Position numbers and translations under genes: made by a program
Origin: a virus
Taxonomy: Duplodnaviria; Caudoviricetes
DNA: 64,000 bases
Virus record (IMG/VR): IMGVR_UViG_3300013121_000037
Span: 32,001-96,000 of that record
Direction: 5' to 3' (one strand)
Shown here: positions 9,728-19,164 of the stretch, piece by piece
Position numbering within the stretch: the stretch's first letter is position 1
Layout of the letters: the number at the start of each line of letters is the position of its first letter
Notes under the pieces: model-generated
What the model saw: only the letters and a program-made list of their open reading frames with translations
What the model was told of the DNA's origin: nothing
Databases searched by the model: none

Positions 9728-12513
9728 ACCACCTGATCCAGATACAGGACATGCACGGTTTTCTGGCCCACTTTTTTTTGTTCCATCCTGGTGCAAGCAA
9801 AGCGACTGTTATGCGGTAGCATCATTTCATCCTCTTTAGGAACCATGCTATAGGGCATGCCATCCAATCCCAGTCGTGCTCGAATCACCAGCACCACATC
9901 TCCTTCTTTTACAAACTGATGCTGGTCACTGGTACTGGTAGAAACAATGCCAGCAAATTGCAGCAGTTTGCCTTTTTTGGCCTGCAGTGACTCCTGCGCA
10001 TCGGCCACCAATTTCTTGACAAAGTCATTGCCAGCATGACCGCTTACCCCGCGATAAACAGTCACCGGTTGCGCAAACGGTTGCGCCTTGGCAAACGCTG
10101 TCTCCAGGTGCTGTAACAGTTGAATGTCAGTTTTCGTGGCCTTGCCTTGCTGACGCAAGACCACATTTAACTGTTCGTGATAACCAGAACCAGCATAAGC
10201 ACCGATGGAATTCTTTTCGGCATTGGTCAAACTGGGACGGGTCGCATCGGGTAGCAACCTGTTGGGACGATTACCAGCATGGGGCAGAAAATCCTGATCG
10301 AAATCAAGTTGCTGGGGCATGCTTTTCAGTGCGGTCTGCAAATATTCCTTGGTAACCGTTGGCTCATACAATTTCGCCAACTTCAGCAGGCGGTCCCAGT
10401 CGGCATCTTTGGCCAAATCTGCCGTGCCTTCCTGAAACATCAAGCGCTTGAGTACACGCTGCGTGCGGGCCGCTTTGCCCTGCACCAGTTGCCCCACATG
10501 CTCGGCAACCACCTTGCCCACATCACCTACCACATGATGCCGAATGCCTGCTTCACGCGCCACCTCCTGCTGGTAGCCAAACGGCAGCGCGTTAACCAGG
10601 TCGGCCAGATGCTCAACATCACCTGGGGACAATTCGTCGGCACTCAGCATGGCCTGCACGTGAGCATGCACCTGCTCCTTTGTTTGGGGCTTGATGTCGG
10701 GATGGTGTTCATCCACCGCTTTCTTGCCCAGCAATTTGCCCAGCCACCCCGGCGAATTGGCCTGTGCCTTCAGAGCAGCCACCTTGCGCGGTTCACTCTT
10801 CTCCGCCGCCTGCAGTGCCGTATCCGGGATGAACCGTCCCCCCGGATAGAACGTCCCGTTGACGGTTACCCCACCCCTGGGCGCATGCACCTGCGCGTAA
10901 TGCGCCGACTGCGCAAAACTCGACTGTCTACTTTTGCCCACCCGCTGCATTTGTGCCGCAGGTTCCTGGTCGGCACCACCGTCCAGCCACTCATCTCCCT
11001 CCCGCTCCGGTACAGGTGTCTGCCCCAGCAAACTGTCGTCCTCTTGCTGCTGGTCAGCGTCCGGTGGTTGCTGCTGATCCATCCCGGGTTGTCCAGGCAT
11101 GCCACCGGGTTGCTGCTGCTGGCCCCCAATGACCTCATCACCCTCCTGCGGTGCGGAGGCACCTGTCAGGGCGCGTACCTCGTCCATGATGAACGTGACC
11201 CCCAGACTGGCCGCCGTCTGGATGGCCTGCAGTCGCTTCTGCGGGTCCGGTTCGTCGATGTCAAAGACCCAGCGCGGATAGATCCGGTCATAGGTGTCCG
11301 GCAAGGTCCAGCGCTGAATTACCCGCACAAAATCCCAGGTCAGCGTTTCCGCCAAATTGTTGGCATCAAAAGCAATGATCTTGCTCTTGGTGGCTGCGTG
11401 CATGGCCGCCACCCCCGTACCACCCAACCCCGAACCCTCCGTGTCCGAGGATAACGTCTGCCCTATGATAAACCGCTCCTGGAACTCGTCAATGTAGGTG
11501 ATGAGCTTGAACAGCAGTTCCGGTCCCGCCGTGGCCACATCCACATATTCCACCGGGGCCTTTTGCTGTGAATCCGGATTGCGCGGCACCAGGATATTGA
11601 CCCTTCGGGCATTGTCCTCCGCCGCCTCCTGCACCTCGCGCCGACTGCGGTCATTGCCGCTCTCGTAATACCAGAGCCGTACCCCCAACCCCGCCCGTTC
11701 GGCCCAGTCCGAGATGTTGGAAATCCACTCCATTTTGAGCCAGTTCCACCAGTACAGCACATGCCGCAAACCAATGCCGTGAATGGCCTCCGCCATCTCC
11801 GCATTCAGAAAGTCCTCATCGGAGACAATGTGCCGGTGAATGATGAACCGCTCACGCCAGTCCTGCCTTCTGAGCACCACCGCCCGCCCCCCCATCGTGC
11901 TGGAGGTGTACTCGATGCTGGCATTCGGGATGTCATCCTCCCCCGAGGCTGCATAGACGTGGATCCATGGGATATGGTCGTAGGTGTGGCCAATCTTGTC
12001 GCCATTGACCGGCAGATGCCGCTCGGCCACCAGCGAGCGAATCCCGCCAATGGCGCGGAATTGCCAGTCCAGTTGCACACCGTAACGACCATACCAGACC
12101 GCATCCAGCAGATTGCGAATCAGGTGGAACAGATAGGGAGTGCGGCGAATCACACTGGTCAGGTGCTTCTTGACAAACGTGTGCTCCTCATCGCGGTCGT
12201 CATCGGTGTCCAGATGCCATTTGAGCGAGACGGTCCCCAGATAGCGTTCCTGCAACTTGCCCATCAGGTTGACATCCACCCGCATGGCCAGAGCATCTTC
12301 CCGCGAGTGTCGCATCGCCTCATCAAAGCGCCCGTGAAAATACTTGCGCCAGGCCAGACCCAGGAAGGAGTTGAAGGTCAGGACATGCGGGATGGCAAAA
12401 CCATCGGACATTTCGCTATAGCGCACCGGAGTGCCATCCGGATACACCAACCCGCCTTGTGGCTGAGATGGCGAAAAAAAACCGTTGTGTCGCTGGCCAT
12501 TGACCGGAAACAT
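9724..12513 (-). CDS. Phage portal protein (DUF935/Mu gp29-like) fused to a C-terminal ADP-ribosyltransferase
   Basis: LDAVWYG, GIGLRHVLYWWNW, IIGQTLSS..G portal motifs; C-terminal VYRG..IVSTS..EDEMML; likely start MFPVNG at 12513, since the ORF extension upstream runs into IS sequence. Confidence 0.8.
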   Translation of the reverse strand: MFPVNGQRHNGFFSPSQPQGGLVYPDGTPVRYSEMSDGFAIPHVLTFNSFLGLAWRKYFHGRFDEAMRHSREDALAMRVDVNLMGKLQERYLGTVSLKWHLDTDDDRDEEHTFVKKHLTSVIRRTPYLFHLIRNLLDAVWYGRYGVQLDWQFRAIGGIRSLVAERHLPVNGDKIGHTYDHIPWIHVYAASGEDDIPNASIEYTSSTMGGRAVVLRRQDWRERFIIHRHIVSDEDFLNAEMAEAIHGIGLRHVLYWWNWLKMEWISNISDWAERAGLGVRLWYYESGNDRSRREVQEAAEDNARRVNILVPRNPDSQQKAPVEYVDVATAGPELLFKLITYIDEFQERFIIGQTLSSDTEGSGLGGTGVAAMHAATKSKIIAFDANNLAETLTWDFVRVIQRWTLPDTYDRIYPRWVFDIDEPDPQKRLQAIQTAASLGVTFIMDEVRALTGASAPQEGDEVIGGQQQQPGGMPGQPGMDQQQPPDADQQQEDDSLLGQTPVPEREGDEWLDGGADQEPAAQMQRVGKSRQSSFAQSAHYAQVHAPRGGVTVNGTFYPGGRFIPDTALQAAEKSEPRKVAALKAQANSPGWLGKLLGKKAVDEHHPDIKPQTKEQVHAHVQAMLSADELSPGDVEHLADLVNALPFGYQQEVAREAGIRHHVVGDVGKVVAEHVGQLVQGKAARTQRVLKRLMFQEGTADLAKDADWDRLLKLAKLYEPTVTKEYLQTALKSMPQQLDFDQDFLPHAGNRPNRLLPDATRPSLTNAEKNSIGAYAGSGYHEQLNVVLRQQGKATKTDIQLLQHLETAFAKAQPFAQPVTVYRGVSGHAGNDFVKKLVADAQESLQAKKGKLLQFAGIVSTSTSDQHQFVKEGDVVLVIRARLGLDGMPYSMVPKEDEMMLPHNSRFACTRMEQKKVGQKTVHVLYLDQVV

Positions 12514-12586
12514 AACCCTGTCCCCCACTGGTTTACGGTGCCAGTGTAGACAGAACTGGTATCCTGTAGCGATTGGCCGCTCTAAC

Positions 12587-13811
12587 GTAAACTTCCCCCC
12601 GCCTTCAGGCGTGGGGCTTTCCGGCTGAGCATTAGCCCGCCAGTTCTGGGGCAGCGTTACGAGACTGCCCAAGCCATGAAAGATTCACGGCGGCGTTGTA
12701 ATCGGCGTTCGTGGAGTATTCGCAGTGCAGACAACGAAACTCACTCTGACTCTTGCGGTTGCCCTTCTCGCAATGTCCACACTGCGAGCAAGTCCGGCTG
12801 GTGTTGCGTGGATCAACAAGGATCACTGGGACACCGGCAAGTCGAGATTTGTACTCCACGAACGAACGCAACTGAAAGAAGGACCAACCTGCATGACGTG
12901 CTCGTTGCCGCTTGCGAAGCCGTTGTTCCGTACGCTGGCGAATGCCCGTGAGTTCTTCCAGGGCAATGCCGCGTCCGGTGCCTTTAGCCGTGGCAACAAG
13001 CTGCTTGCTGATCCGATGGTTTTCGTGTCGCCGAAAGCGTGCTTCACGCCCGGCCAGATTCTTCAATCGCTTCTTCGCTCCTCTGGTTCCTTTCTTCTGC
13101 AACCGGCAACGGTTGCGCTGATGTTTCTGGCGAACATTTTCAACTTGCTCACCGGTGTGAGTGTTGCCATCCGAATCGGTGGCGATATTGACGATGCCCA
13201 GATCGACACCAATGAAGTCCGTGGCTGGGACAGGCGAACCGTCAGGAACATCTACAGTGACGAGCAAAAACCACTTGCCGTCCTTGCGCAGCACGAGATC
13301 GGCTTGCCCCTTACGCAGCGTGAACCGTTCACGCTGGTAAGCCCCAAGTACAAAGGCGACCACGATACGACCCGTCAATGTCCACAGACTTACACGGTCG
13401 ATACCCTGAAAGCCCATGACACGCTGGTCGTACGTTATAGCGGCGTGCTTGCGGAACCTGGGACGTTTACTCCTGTCCCGCTTGTACGCTTCGACAACGC
13501 GATGGATGCACAGAATAGCCGTCTGCGCTGACAACTCAAAACGCTCCCGGACCTCACGATAGAGGAGTTTTTGGGCGGTGATCTTGTTGGCGAGTTGGCG
13601 TGAGAACAACTCGCCGGCAATCCAGTCGGCGGCAGCGTTAAATCGCTCCATCGTCTGGCGGAGAGTTTCCTTTTGTTCGGCGTCAGGTAGCAATTGGAGT
13701 TGCACGGTAAGTTTCATGCTTTTATCTTAGGAATGATTCACTCAAAGGTCAATTAGTTGCAACGCGATTCCTCCCCATGCCTTTAGGCAAGGGATTCCTC
13801 GCTAGGTTCAG
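12587..13811 (-). mobile_element. IS200/IS605-family tnpB-only element
   Basis: Subterminal hairpins at ~12595-12616 and ~13771-13794; TCAA just outside the left end; right end finishes TTAC. Confidence 0.85.
12632..13717 (-). CDS. tnpB: RNA-guided endonuclease TnpB
   Basis: RuvC motifs GVDLG, ALEEL, NADYNAA; Zn finger CSQC..CLHC. Confidence 0.93.
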   Translation of the reverse strand: MKLTVQLQLLPDAEQKETLRQTMERFNAAADWIAGELFSRQLANKITAQKLLYREVRERFELSAQTAILCIHRVVEAYKRDRSKRPRFRKHAAITYDQRVMGFQGIDRVSLWTLTGRIVVAFVLGAYQRERFTLRKGQADLVLRKDGKWFLLVTVDVPDGSPVPATDFIGVDLGIVNIATDSDGNTHTGEQVENVRQKHQRNRCRLQKKGTRGAKKRLKNLAGREARFRRHENHRISKQLVATAKGTGRGIALEELTGIRQRTEQRLRKRQRARHAGWSFFQLRSFVEYKSRLAGVPVILVDPRNTSRTCSQCGHCEKGNRKSQSEFRCLHCEYSTNADYNAAVNLSWLGQSRNAAPELAG

Positions 13812-13957
13812 TTGACGGCAGACCGGGAATGTACCAGAATGGACGGCGAACAAGGGGGAAATGAGCGAGCCAGAGGTGCCACCCGCCTCTGGCTCGCTGG
13901 CGTTTTATTCACAATTCCTGGTTGCAACTGGCAGGTCACTGCGCAAAATGCTACTGT

Positions 13958-14650
13958 CTACTTTTGCCCAGCACTGTCTTTGGCCCACTGGAGACAGGCC
14001 GCGGACATGATTTCTATGGCCGCAACCCTGGAATGGTATTCTCTGGGAAGTTGCTTACGCAACCGGATCAGATACTGTTGTAATGGTTCCGGGATAAAGA
14101 ACTGCTGCCCCCACCGTGCGGAGAAAAGCCAATAATACATATCCAATTCAGGGTTATTACTTTCTGGACCAGTGAACGGTTCCTGGCTGCCACTTAGGCG
14201 GTGCCGCTCTGCTGCCCCCAGTTGCCCCATCTGAAACGGTTCCTTGTCACTCAGCGTGACTTCCTGCACCGGTTGCTGCCGCACGATGGCCGGACCATGC
14301 TGGAGCCAGTCAGAGCAGGTACAGGTGACAGAGCAAACGAACCCACGAGAATATGTTGACGTGAATCCTGGTAGACGCACACCCCAGCGACAAAAGTCTT
14401 TCCCTAACAACTGTTGTTCACGCATCCGCAGGCATTTTTCCTCGCGGTCAGCATCCTGGTTACCCGTCGCCACAGGTTGCCCATCTGGCGGCACCCCGAA
14501 CCGCGCCGCCAGTTCGCACTGCACCCGGATAAACTCCGCCCGCTCCGAATCACCATGTTCATCCAGCCAGTCCGCATAGATGAGACGTGGAGCATCCTCG
14601 GATGGTTCCTCCAGGATGGCTGCCAGCAATGCCTGCTGCTGTTCGCTCAT
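13958..14650 (-). CDS. TIGR02996 domain protein (planctomycete repeat-companion domain)
   Basis: LLAAILEEPSEDAPRLIYADWLDEHGDSERAEFIRVQC; stop codon lies inside palindrome 13938. Confidence 0.85.
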   Translation of the reverse strand: MSEQQQALLAAILEEPSEDAPRLIYADWLDEHGDSERAEFIRVQCELAARFGVPPDGQPVATGNQDADREEKCLRMREQQLLGKDFCRWGVRLPGFTSTYSRGFVCSVTCTCSDWLQHGPAIVRQQPVQEVTLSDKEPFQMGQLGAAERHRLSGSQEPFTGPESNNPELDMYYWLFSARWGQQFFIPEPLQQYLIRLRKQLPREYHSRVAAIEIMSAACLQWAKDSAGQK

Positions 14651-14656
14651 GACTAC

Positions 14657-15121
14657 TTACCGAGATGGCAGGATGAAGGCGGGCAGGGTGGTATCATCCA
14701 CCCGCCGCAGTTCCACCAGGTCACAGGGTTGGGTCGTTTCTTGCAGGAACGGGATCAACGCACCATCAGGAACGATGTCAAAGGACGAGTGCCAGAGCCG
14801 GAGCACGAATTGCTTGCGATACCAGTCCTCGTACACTGCCTCAATCACCACATCGTCTGGAATGCCGCGGATGACTGGCAGTTGCAAGCAGTGCCGCTCG
14901 CCATTCCAGGCCCGCAGCACATCCAGCACCCAATTGTGATTGACTGCCACCAGTTTGTATCGCCTCTCCCGCTGAATCACCTTGTTCACAGGTTGTTCCC
15001 CCGTTGGCGCCGCCAGGCAGTTGGCCTGAGGCAAGAACTGCGCACACCTGTCATACAGATCAGCGGCGCCGTCTGCTTCATCCCACACCACTAGCAAACG
15101 CCGCACACCCTCTTTGCTCAT
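14657..15121 (-). CDS. Hypothetical protein
   Basis: 154-aa ORF fitting the minus-strand operon. Confidence 0.55.
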   Translation of the reverse strand: MSKEGVRRLLVVWDEADGAADLYDRCAQFLPQANCLAAPTGEQPVNKVIQRERRYKLVAVNHNWVLDVLRAWNGERHCLQLPVIRGIPDDVVIEAVYEDWYRKQFVLRLWHSSFDIVPDGALIPFLQETTQPCDLVELRRVDDTTLPAFILPSR

Positions 15122-15145
15122 AATCTCATCGCTAGTCCCGTCAAC

Positions 15146-15448
15146 TCAATCCAACCCCGGAATATCCCAACGGTTCAATGCCGCTTCCAGTTCCTGTATC
15201 CGGGCCTGCAAGCGGGCATTCTCGTCCCTCTCTGCTGCCAGCAGGCGAATGTACGCAGGCAACGCCATGCGTGCGAGTGCCATGAAAACGCCATCCTCAT
15301 GACGATGCACACTGGGAGGTGTGGTACGCAGCATCCCTGACTGGTCAGGATTGGTGCGATGCAGTGGACCTGGTCCATACAGGTACACGTTGGCCGTGAC
15401 GTTAGACCACGCTACCTGCCACGGTCCCGGTATCGCCATTACCTGCAC
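15146..15448 (-). CDS. Hypothetical protein
   Basis: ORF starting just downstream of palindrome 15457; C-terminal coiled coil. Confidence 0.5.
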   Translation of the reverse strand: MQVMAIPGPWQVAWSNVTANVYLYGPGPLHRTNPDQSGMLRTTPPSVHRHEDGVFMALARMALPAYIRLLAAERDENARLQARIQELEAALNRWDIPGLD

Positions 15449-15648
15449 TCCCTGTCACTGCGCAAAACTCGACTGTCTACTTTTGCCCACCTGCTATGAC
15501 CATCGCACCCGTCTGTACCTGCGCCGCAGTCGCTTACCCTGCACTGGCAGGACGCGGGCAGGTTTGTCCCACTGGCGACAGCGGCGAATCTCTGCCACTC
15601 GCCGCCGCGTTTCTGCCAGTTTGTACCCGCCACGGGAGCGTGTACCCA

Positions 15649-16440
15649 TCAGTTGACTCCAAACTGGCAACCACAATTCGGGCAGTGCTCGCCATACTCA
15701 GGGTCACCCTCATCCGCGACCATTGGCGCATGGGTGCTGCAATACACCCCTACCTGCGGATGTCCCCGCCCATCACCACAATCACGACCCTGCGCCAGAC
15801 AGGTTGCCGGTTGTTCGCAACCAGCGTACTGGCACTGCTGCCCCGGTTGCACCGCCAGCACCGCCTTGCTTAATTGCTCACGCAACCGCTGATTCTCTTG
15901 CCGGAGCAAACCTGACTCGTTCCACGGTGAGTAGTACCACGTCCAGAACCGGCCACCACCGCTGCTGCTTTTGCTGCTCAGGCATAACCGCGTGTCTTGC
16001 GCGAAATCGTGGATGTGCATTAGTAGCAACCGTTCCTGCTCCTCCTCTACATGCAGTGGCTTTTCATCCTGGTCCGTTGGCACGTCGATGGCCACCACCT
16101 TTTTCTCCTGGTTCTCCCAGCGCGGCGTGGGCAGGAATTTTCGTACCGCCCTGTAGGCAGCAGCATCTGCCAGGTTGCGGTGGGCCTGCACGGCATACTC
16201 CAGATGCTGCACCGCCCGCTTCAGTCCGGGCAGATGCTGCAAGATGCTGCTTATCACTGCTTCCTCACTGGCATCTCCTGCTTCCACGCTGGACACCTGC
16301 CAGGCCATCTCCGCCAGCGGCACCAGCACTTCACCAATGACCTTTGTGTACGGCGACTTACCGCCTTCAGCATCCTCAACAGCGTACCGTAACTTGTCGT
16401 GAAAGAACCCACCCACCGCTTCACCGAATTCGCGTGACAT
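15649..16440 (-). CDS. Hypothetical protein with C-terminal Cys cluster
   Basis: Start MSREF overlaps the previous stop (TGATG); ends CPNCGC. Confidence 0.55.
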   Translation of the reverse strand: MSREFGEAVGGFFHDKLRYAVEDAEGGKSPYTKVIGEVLVPLAEMAWQVSSVEAGDASEEAVISSILQHLPGLKRAVQHLEYAVQAHRNLADAAAYRAVRKFLPTPRWENQEKKVVAIDVPTDQDEKPLHVEEEQERLLLMHIHDFAQDTRLCLSSKSSSGGGRFWTWYYSPWNESGLLRQENQRLREQLSKAVLAVQPGQQCQYAGCEQPATCLAQGRDCGDGRGHPQVGVYCSTHAPMVADEGDPEYGEHCPNCGCQFGVN

Positions 16441-16751
16441 CACTTTTCCTCTTTTCGCGCACGCAGTTCTGCCAGACTCAACACCGTGACAATCACCGCA
16501 GTTGCCGTCCTGACAAACTTCACCACAAACACCACACCATCTGCCTGATTGACATGAAAAGTACCACCCAACGCCATCCGCTTTTTCGCGGTGAGTTTTT
16601 GATACTCCCACAGCAGTCGTTTCGTCTTCTTTCCCACGGGACGACTGCCCCGCAAGGACCGGAGAATGTCGTTGGCATCCGTACAACGAATCCGTTGCCG
16701 CCAGCGCGTCAGAGCATGATTGGAGATTAGAACAGTAGTTGAGTCTAGCAT
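16440..16751 (-). CDS. Hypothetical protein
   Basis: 103-aa ORF with ISNHALTRW motif; translationally coupled. Confidence 0.5.
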   Translation of the reverse strand: MLDSTTVLISNHALTRWRQRIRCTDANDILRSLRGSRPVGKKTKRLLWEYQKLTAKKRMALGGTFHVNQADGVVFVVKFVRTATAVIVTVLSLAELRARKEEK

Positions 16752-17110
16752 GGTTCCAGCACATCATCTTCCAGAAAAGTCCACGGGGGCGCCGCCCGGT
16801 ATGGTGCCGGGGCCGCCTGAAACCACGCCGCATCAATGAGACTGGTCGGTGTCCCGGCCTCCACCTGACAGCAGGGACACGGTTCGCCCGCATCGGCAGA
16901 TGCCAGCCAACCACTGGCACATTTCTGGTGCCGCTGTACCCAGGTAATCCTGCGCACCACCCAGCGATGCGCCCGGTAAAACTCCGTGGTCACCCGGTCA
17001 CCCACCTGGAACGGCGCTTTTTCCACAACTCCCACAACTCCCACAGTTCCCACAGTTCCCGAAGGCACTGCTGGTTCTGGTGGTTGTCGCTGTGGCTGGC
17101 GTCTGGCCAT
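16745..17110 (-). CDS. Hypothetical protein
   Basis: RBS gagga; FQVGDRV motif. Confidence 0.5.
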   Translation of the reverse strand: MARRQPQRQPPEPAVPSGTVGTVGVVGVVEKAPFQVGDRVTTEFYRAHRWVVRRITWVQRHQKCASGWLASADAGEPCPCCQVEAGTPTSLIDAAWFQAAPAPYRAAPPWTFLEDDVLEPC

Positions 17111-17122
17111 TATCGTTTGTCC

Positions 17123-17518
17123 TCAACGAAAAAGTCGCCGTGTCCCTACCGCTTGCCGCAAACCGGATTGCCGGGCGTGCTGGAGTTGTGACTGGATCCG
17201 CCAGTAGCGTTCCACCTCACCAGCCAGTTGTGGATTCTGCCGACACTGCTGCTCATATAGTTGCCGGTTGCGCTCCGTTGGGTAGAAGTCCAGCACCATC
17301 GCCCACTGAATCGCCTTCAATCCGCCCAACCGACTTAACGGTACATCGGCGTGGCCGCCAGAAAGCAACGGCACCCGCACCGTTTCCTCTGCAGGCGACT
17401 GCACCGCCACTTTCTCTGCTGGTGGCCGCACCGGTGGGCGCACCAGTGCCAGTGGCGGCAGGGAACAACCAGTCACCAGCAGGAACGACAGGCATAGCAT
17501 AAGATGGTTGGTTCGCAT
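17123..17518 (-). CDS. Putative lipoprotein
   Basis: Signal peptide ending LVTGC. Confidence 0.5.
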   Translation of the reverse strand: MRTNHLMLCLSFLLVTGCSLPPLALVRPPVRPPAEKVAVQSPAEETVRVPLLSGGHADVPLSRLGGLKAIQWAMVLDFYPTERNRQLYEQQCRQNPQLAGEVERYWRIQSQLQHARQSGLRQAVGTRRLFR

Positions 17519-18227
17519 GGTTCACCTTCCAGGTAGACGAATACCTAACAGCGTTAGCACCAGCACCACCGGGGCCAGCAAGGACAGCGACAACCAGAAC
17601 AGCAGCACGGCGTACCAGGGGGCCAGACCACCACCCAGCACCTTGCCCATGTCCGTGCGAATCTGCTCGAAATGGCGGGCCAGCAGGGTTGCCAGCATCA
17701 GCACCAGGCCACAGTACACCCCGCCAAGAAACCACCACCACTCAGGTACCACCACCACCTCCGTTTGTTCTGTCCGCCAGCACGCTGGCACCGCGTAACC
17801 GCTGTACTTCCTCATGCAAAACATGCAACTCAGCACGAGCAATAATAACAGCATCCTGCAACCGCTCCCGATCGGCGTTAGCCAGTGACTCCCGTTCCTT
17901 GTGCAGGTTGACCTGCGCACGCAGCGTTTGCACCTCTGCCTGGAGTTCATGGCACTGCCGGACCACGGCATTCTTCGCCTCGGTCACTGCGGCCAGTTGC
18001 TGCGAAGTTTCAGAGTGACAGGCAAAGCAGATGCACTCTCCCTGCGTCCCCTGCAAGCGAAGCCCCGAGCAAAGTAAACAGCGTCTGTGCATGTTTCACT
18101 CCTCCACTGATCAAAATGCGACAGTCTAGTTTTGCGCAGTTGACTGTATCAGGGTGTTTCCATTAGGGGTCAAATCGCACCTGAAACAGGTCCGCTGCGC
18201 AAAACTAGACTGTTGCATTTTGACCAG

Positions 18228-19106
18228 TTACACCTTGACCCGCAGCAAATCCACCGCCCAGCAACCTCTGACGTGCGGACCGGCATCACCACCACAACGC
18301 GGGCAACCACCGATCACTTCCACGCTTCCGGTATACTCATCCATGCCAACCCCAGTGTTGCCACAAGTCTCGCAATTTGCTCGACGGCGTAGGTGCCGCA
18401 GTATCCTGTCCTCGCCGCACCCCGCTTCTTCCAGGGCGTCGGCAATGATGGCCAGTCGTGCCGGATCCAGTTCGCCCGTCTCCAGAGTGCCGGTGCCGTG
18501 GCAGTGCGGGCACGAATCTGCCCCCAACCCGGAAGCACAATTGCAACCGGTTTTATGCGACAGTCCCTTGCACCTATGTGGATAGGTGCATCTTCGCTGG
18601 TATGCCTCCTCGGCCAGGCGTGGGATGGTACCGTCGTTCCAGGTGAGCCAGACGTGGTTGACGGTGAGCGGGCGGAAAGGATTGCCGATGATGTCCCGGA
18701 GGAGGTTGGCTTGCGTGGCAGGTAAAACGGTTGGTCCAAACACAGTGGAAAAGACGTTGTTATGATAAATCGTCTGTCGCAATGCAACAGCAATGTCTGG
18801 GCAGGTTGCACACCACACCCAACCGTCTTCCGCTCTGGCTTGCCTTCTGGCTGTTAGCAGGCCACTGTGTGATAAATACTGGTCCGCATCCGCAAATTGT
18901 TCCGCAATTTCCACTGCCTTCTGACTGTGCTCGTTAGCCAGCAGGTTCCAGACCTGGCGACAGACGGTACAGGCGAACAGACGCAATTTCCTGTTGTCAC
19001 ACCGCCACAAAGTGCGTTCCATATCCAGCGTGCAATCAGTCTGATGCAGCAGCGTTTGCAGCATTTCCTGCGGGTCCGTGCTGGTTAACCACTCGGTTTC
19101 GGTCAT
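18228..19106 (-). CDS. Planctomycete-type MTETEWL...GPHVRGCW family protein, copy 1
   Basis: RKLRLFAC, LLRDIIGNPF, LAIIADALEEAGC, GPHVRGCWAVDLL; bracketed by palindromes 18194 and 19120. Confidence 0.8.
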   Translation of the reverse strand: MTETEWLTSTDPQEMLQTLLHQTDCTLDMERTLWRCDNRKLRLFACTVCRQVWNLLANEHSQKAVEIAEQFADADQYLSHSGLLTARRQARAEDGWVWCATCPDIAVALRQTIYHNNVFSTVFGPTVLPATQANLLRDIIGNPFRPLTVNHVWLTWNDGTIPRLAEEAYQRRCTYPHRCKGLSHKTGCNCASGLGADSCPHCHGTGTLETGELDPARLAIIADALEEAGCGEDRILRHLRRRANCETCGNTGVGMDEYTGSVEVIGGCPRCGGDAGPHVRGCWAVDLLRVKV

Positions 19107-19164
19107 CGCTGACTTCTCCACTGCGCAAACGTAGACTGTCGAGTTTTGCACACCTCTCACCAAT

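Noticed and set aside
12514-12672. Portal N-terminal extension in the ORF track
   Set aside because: Runs through the IS right end and overlaps tnpB; ATG 12513 has a purine-rich leader.
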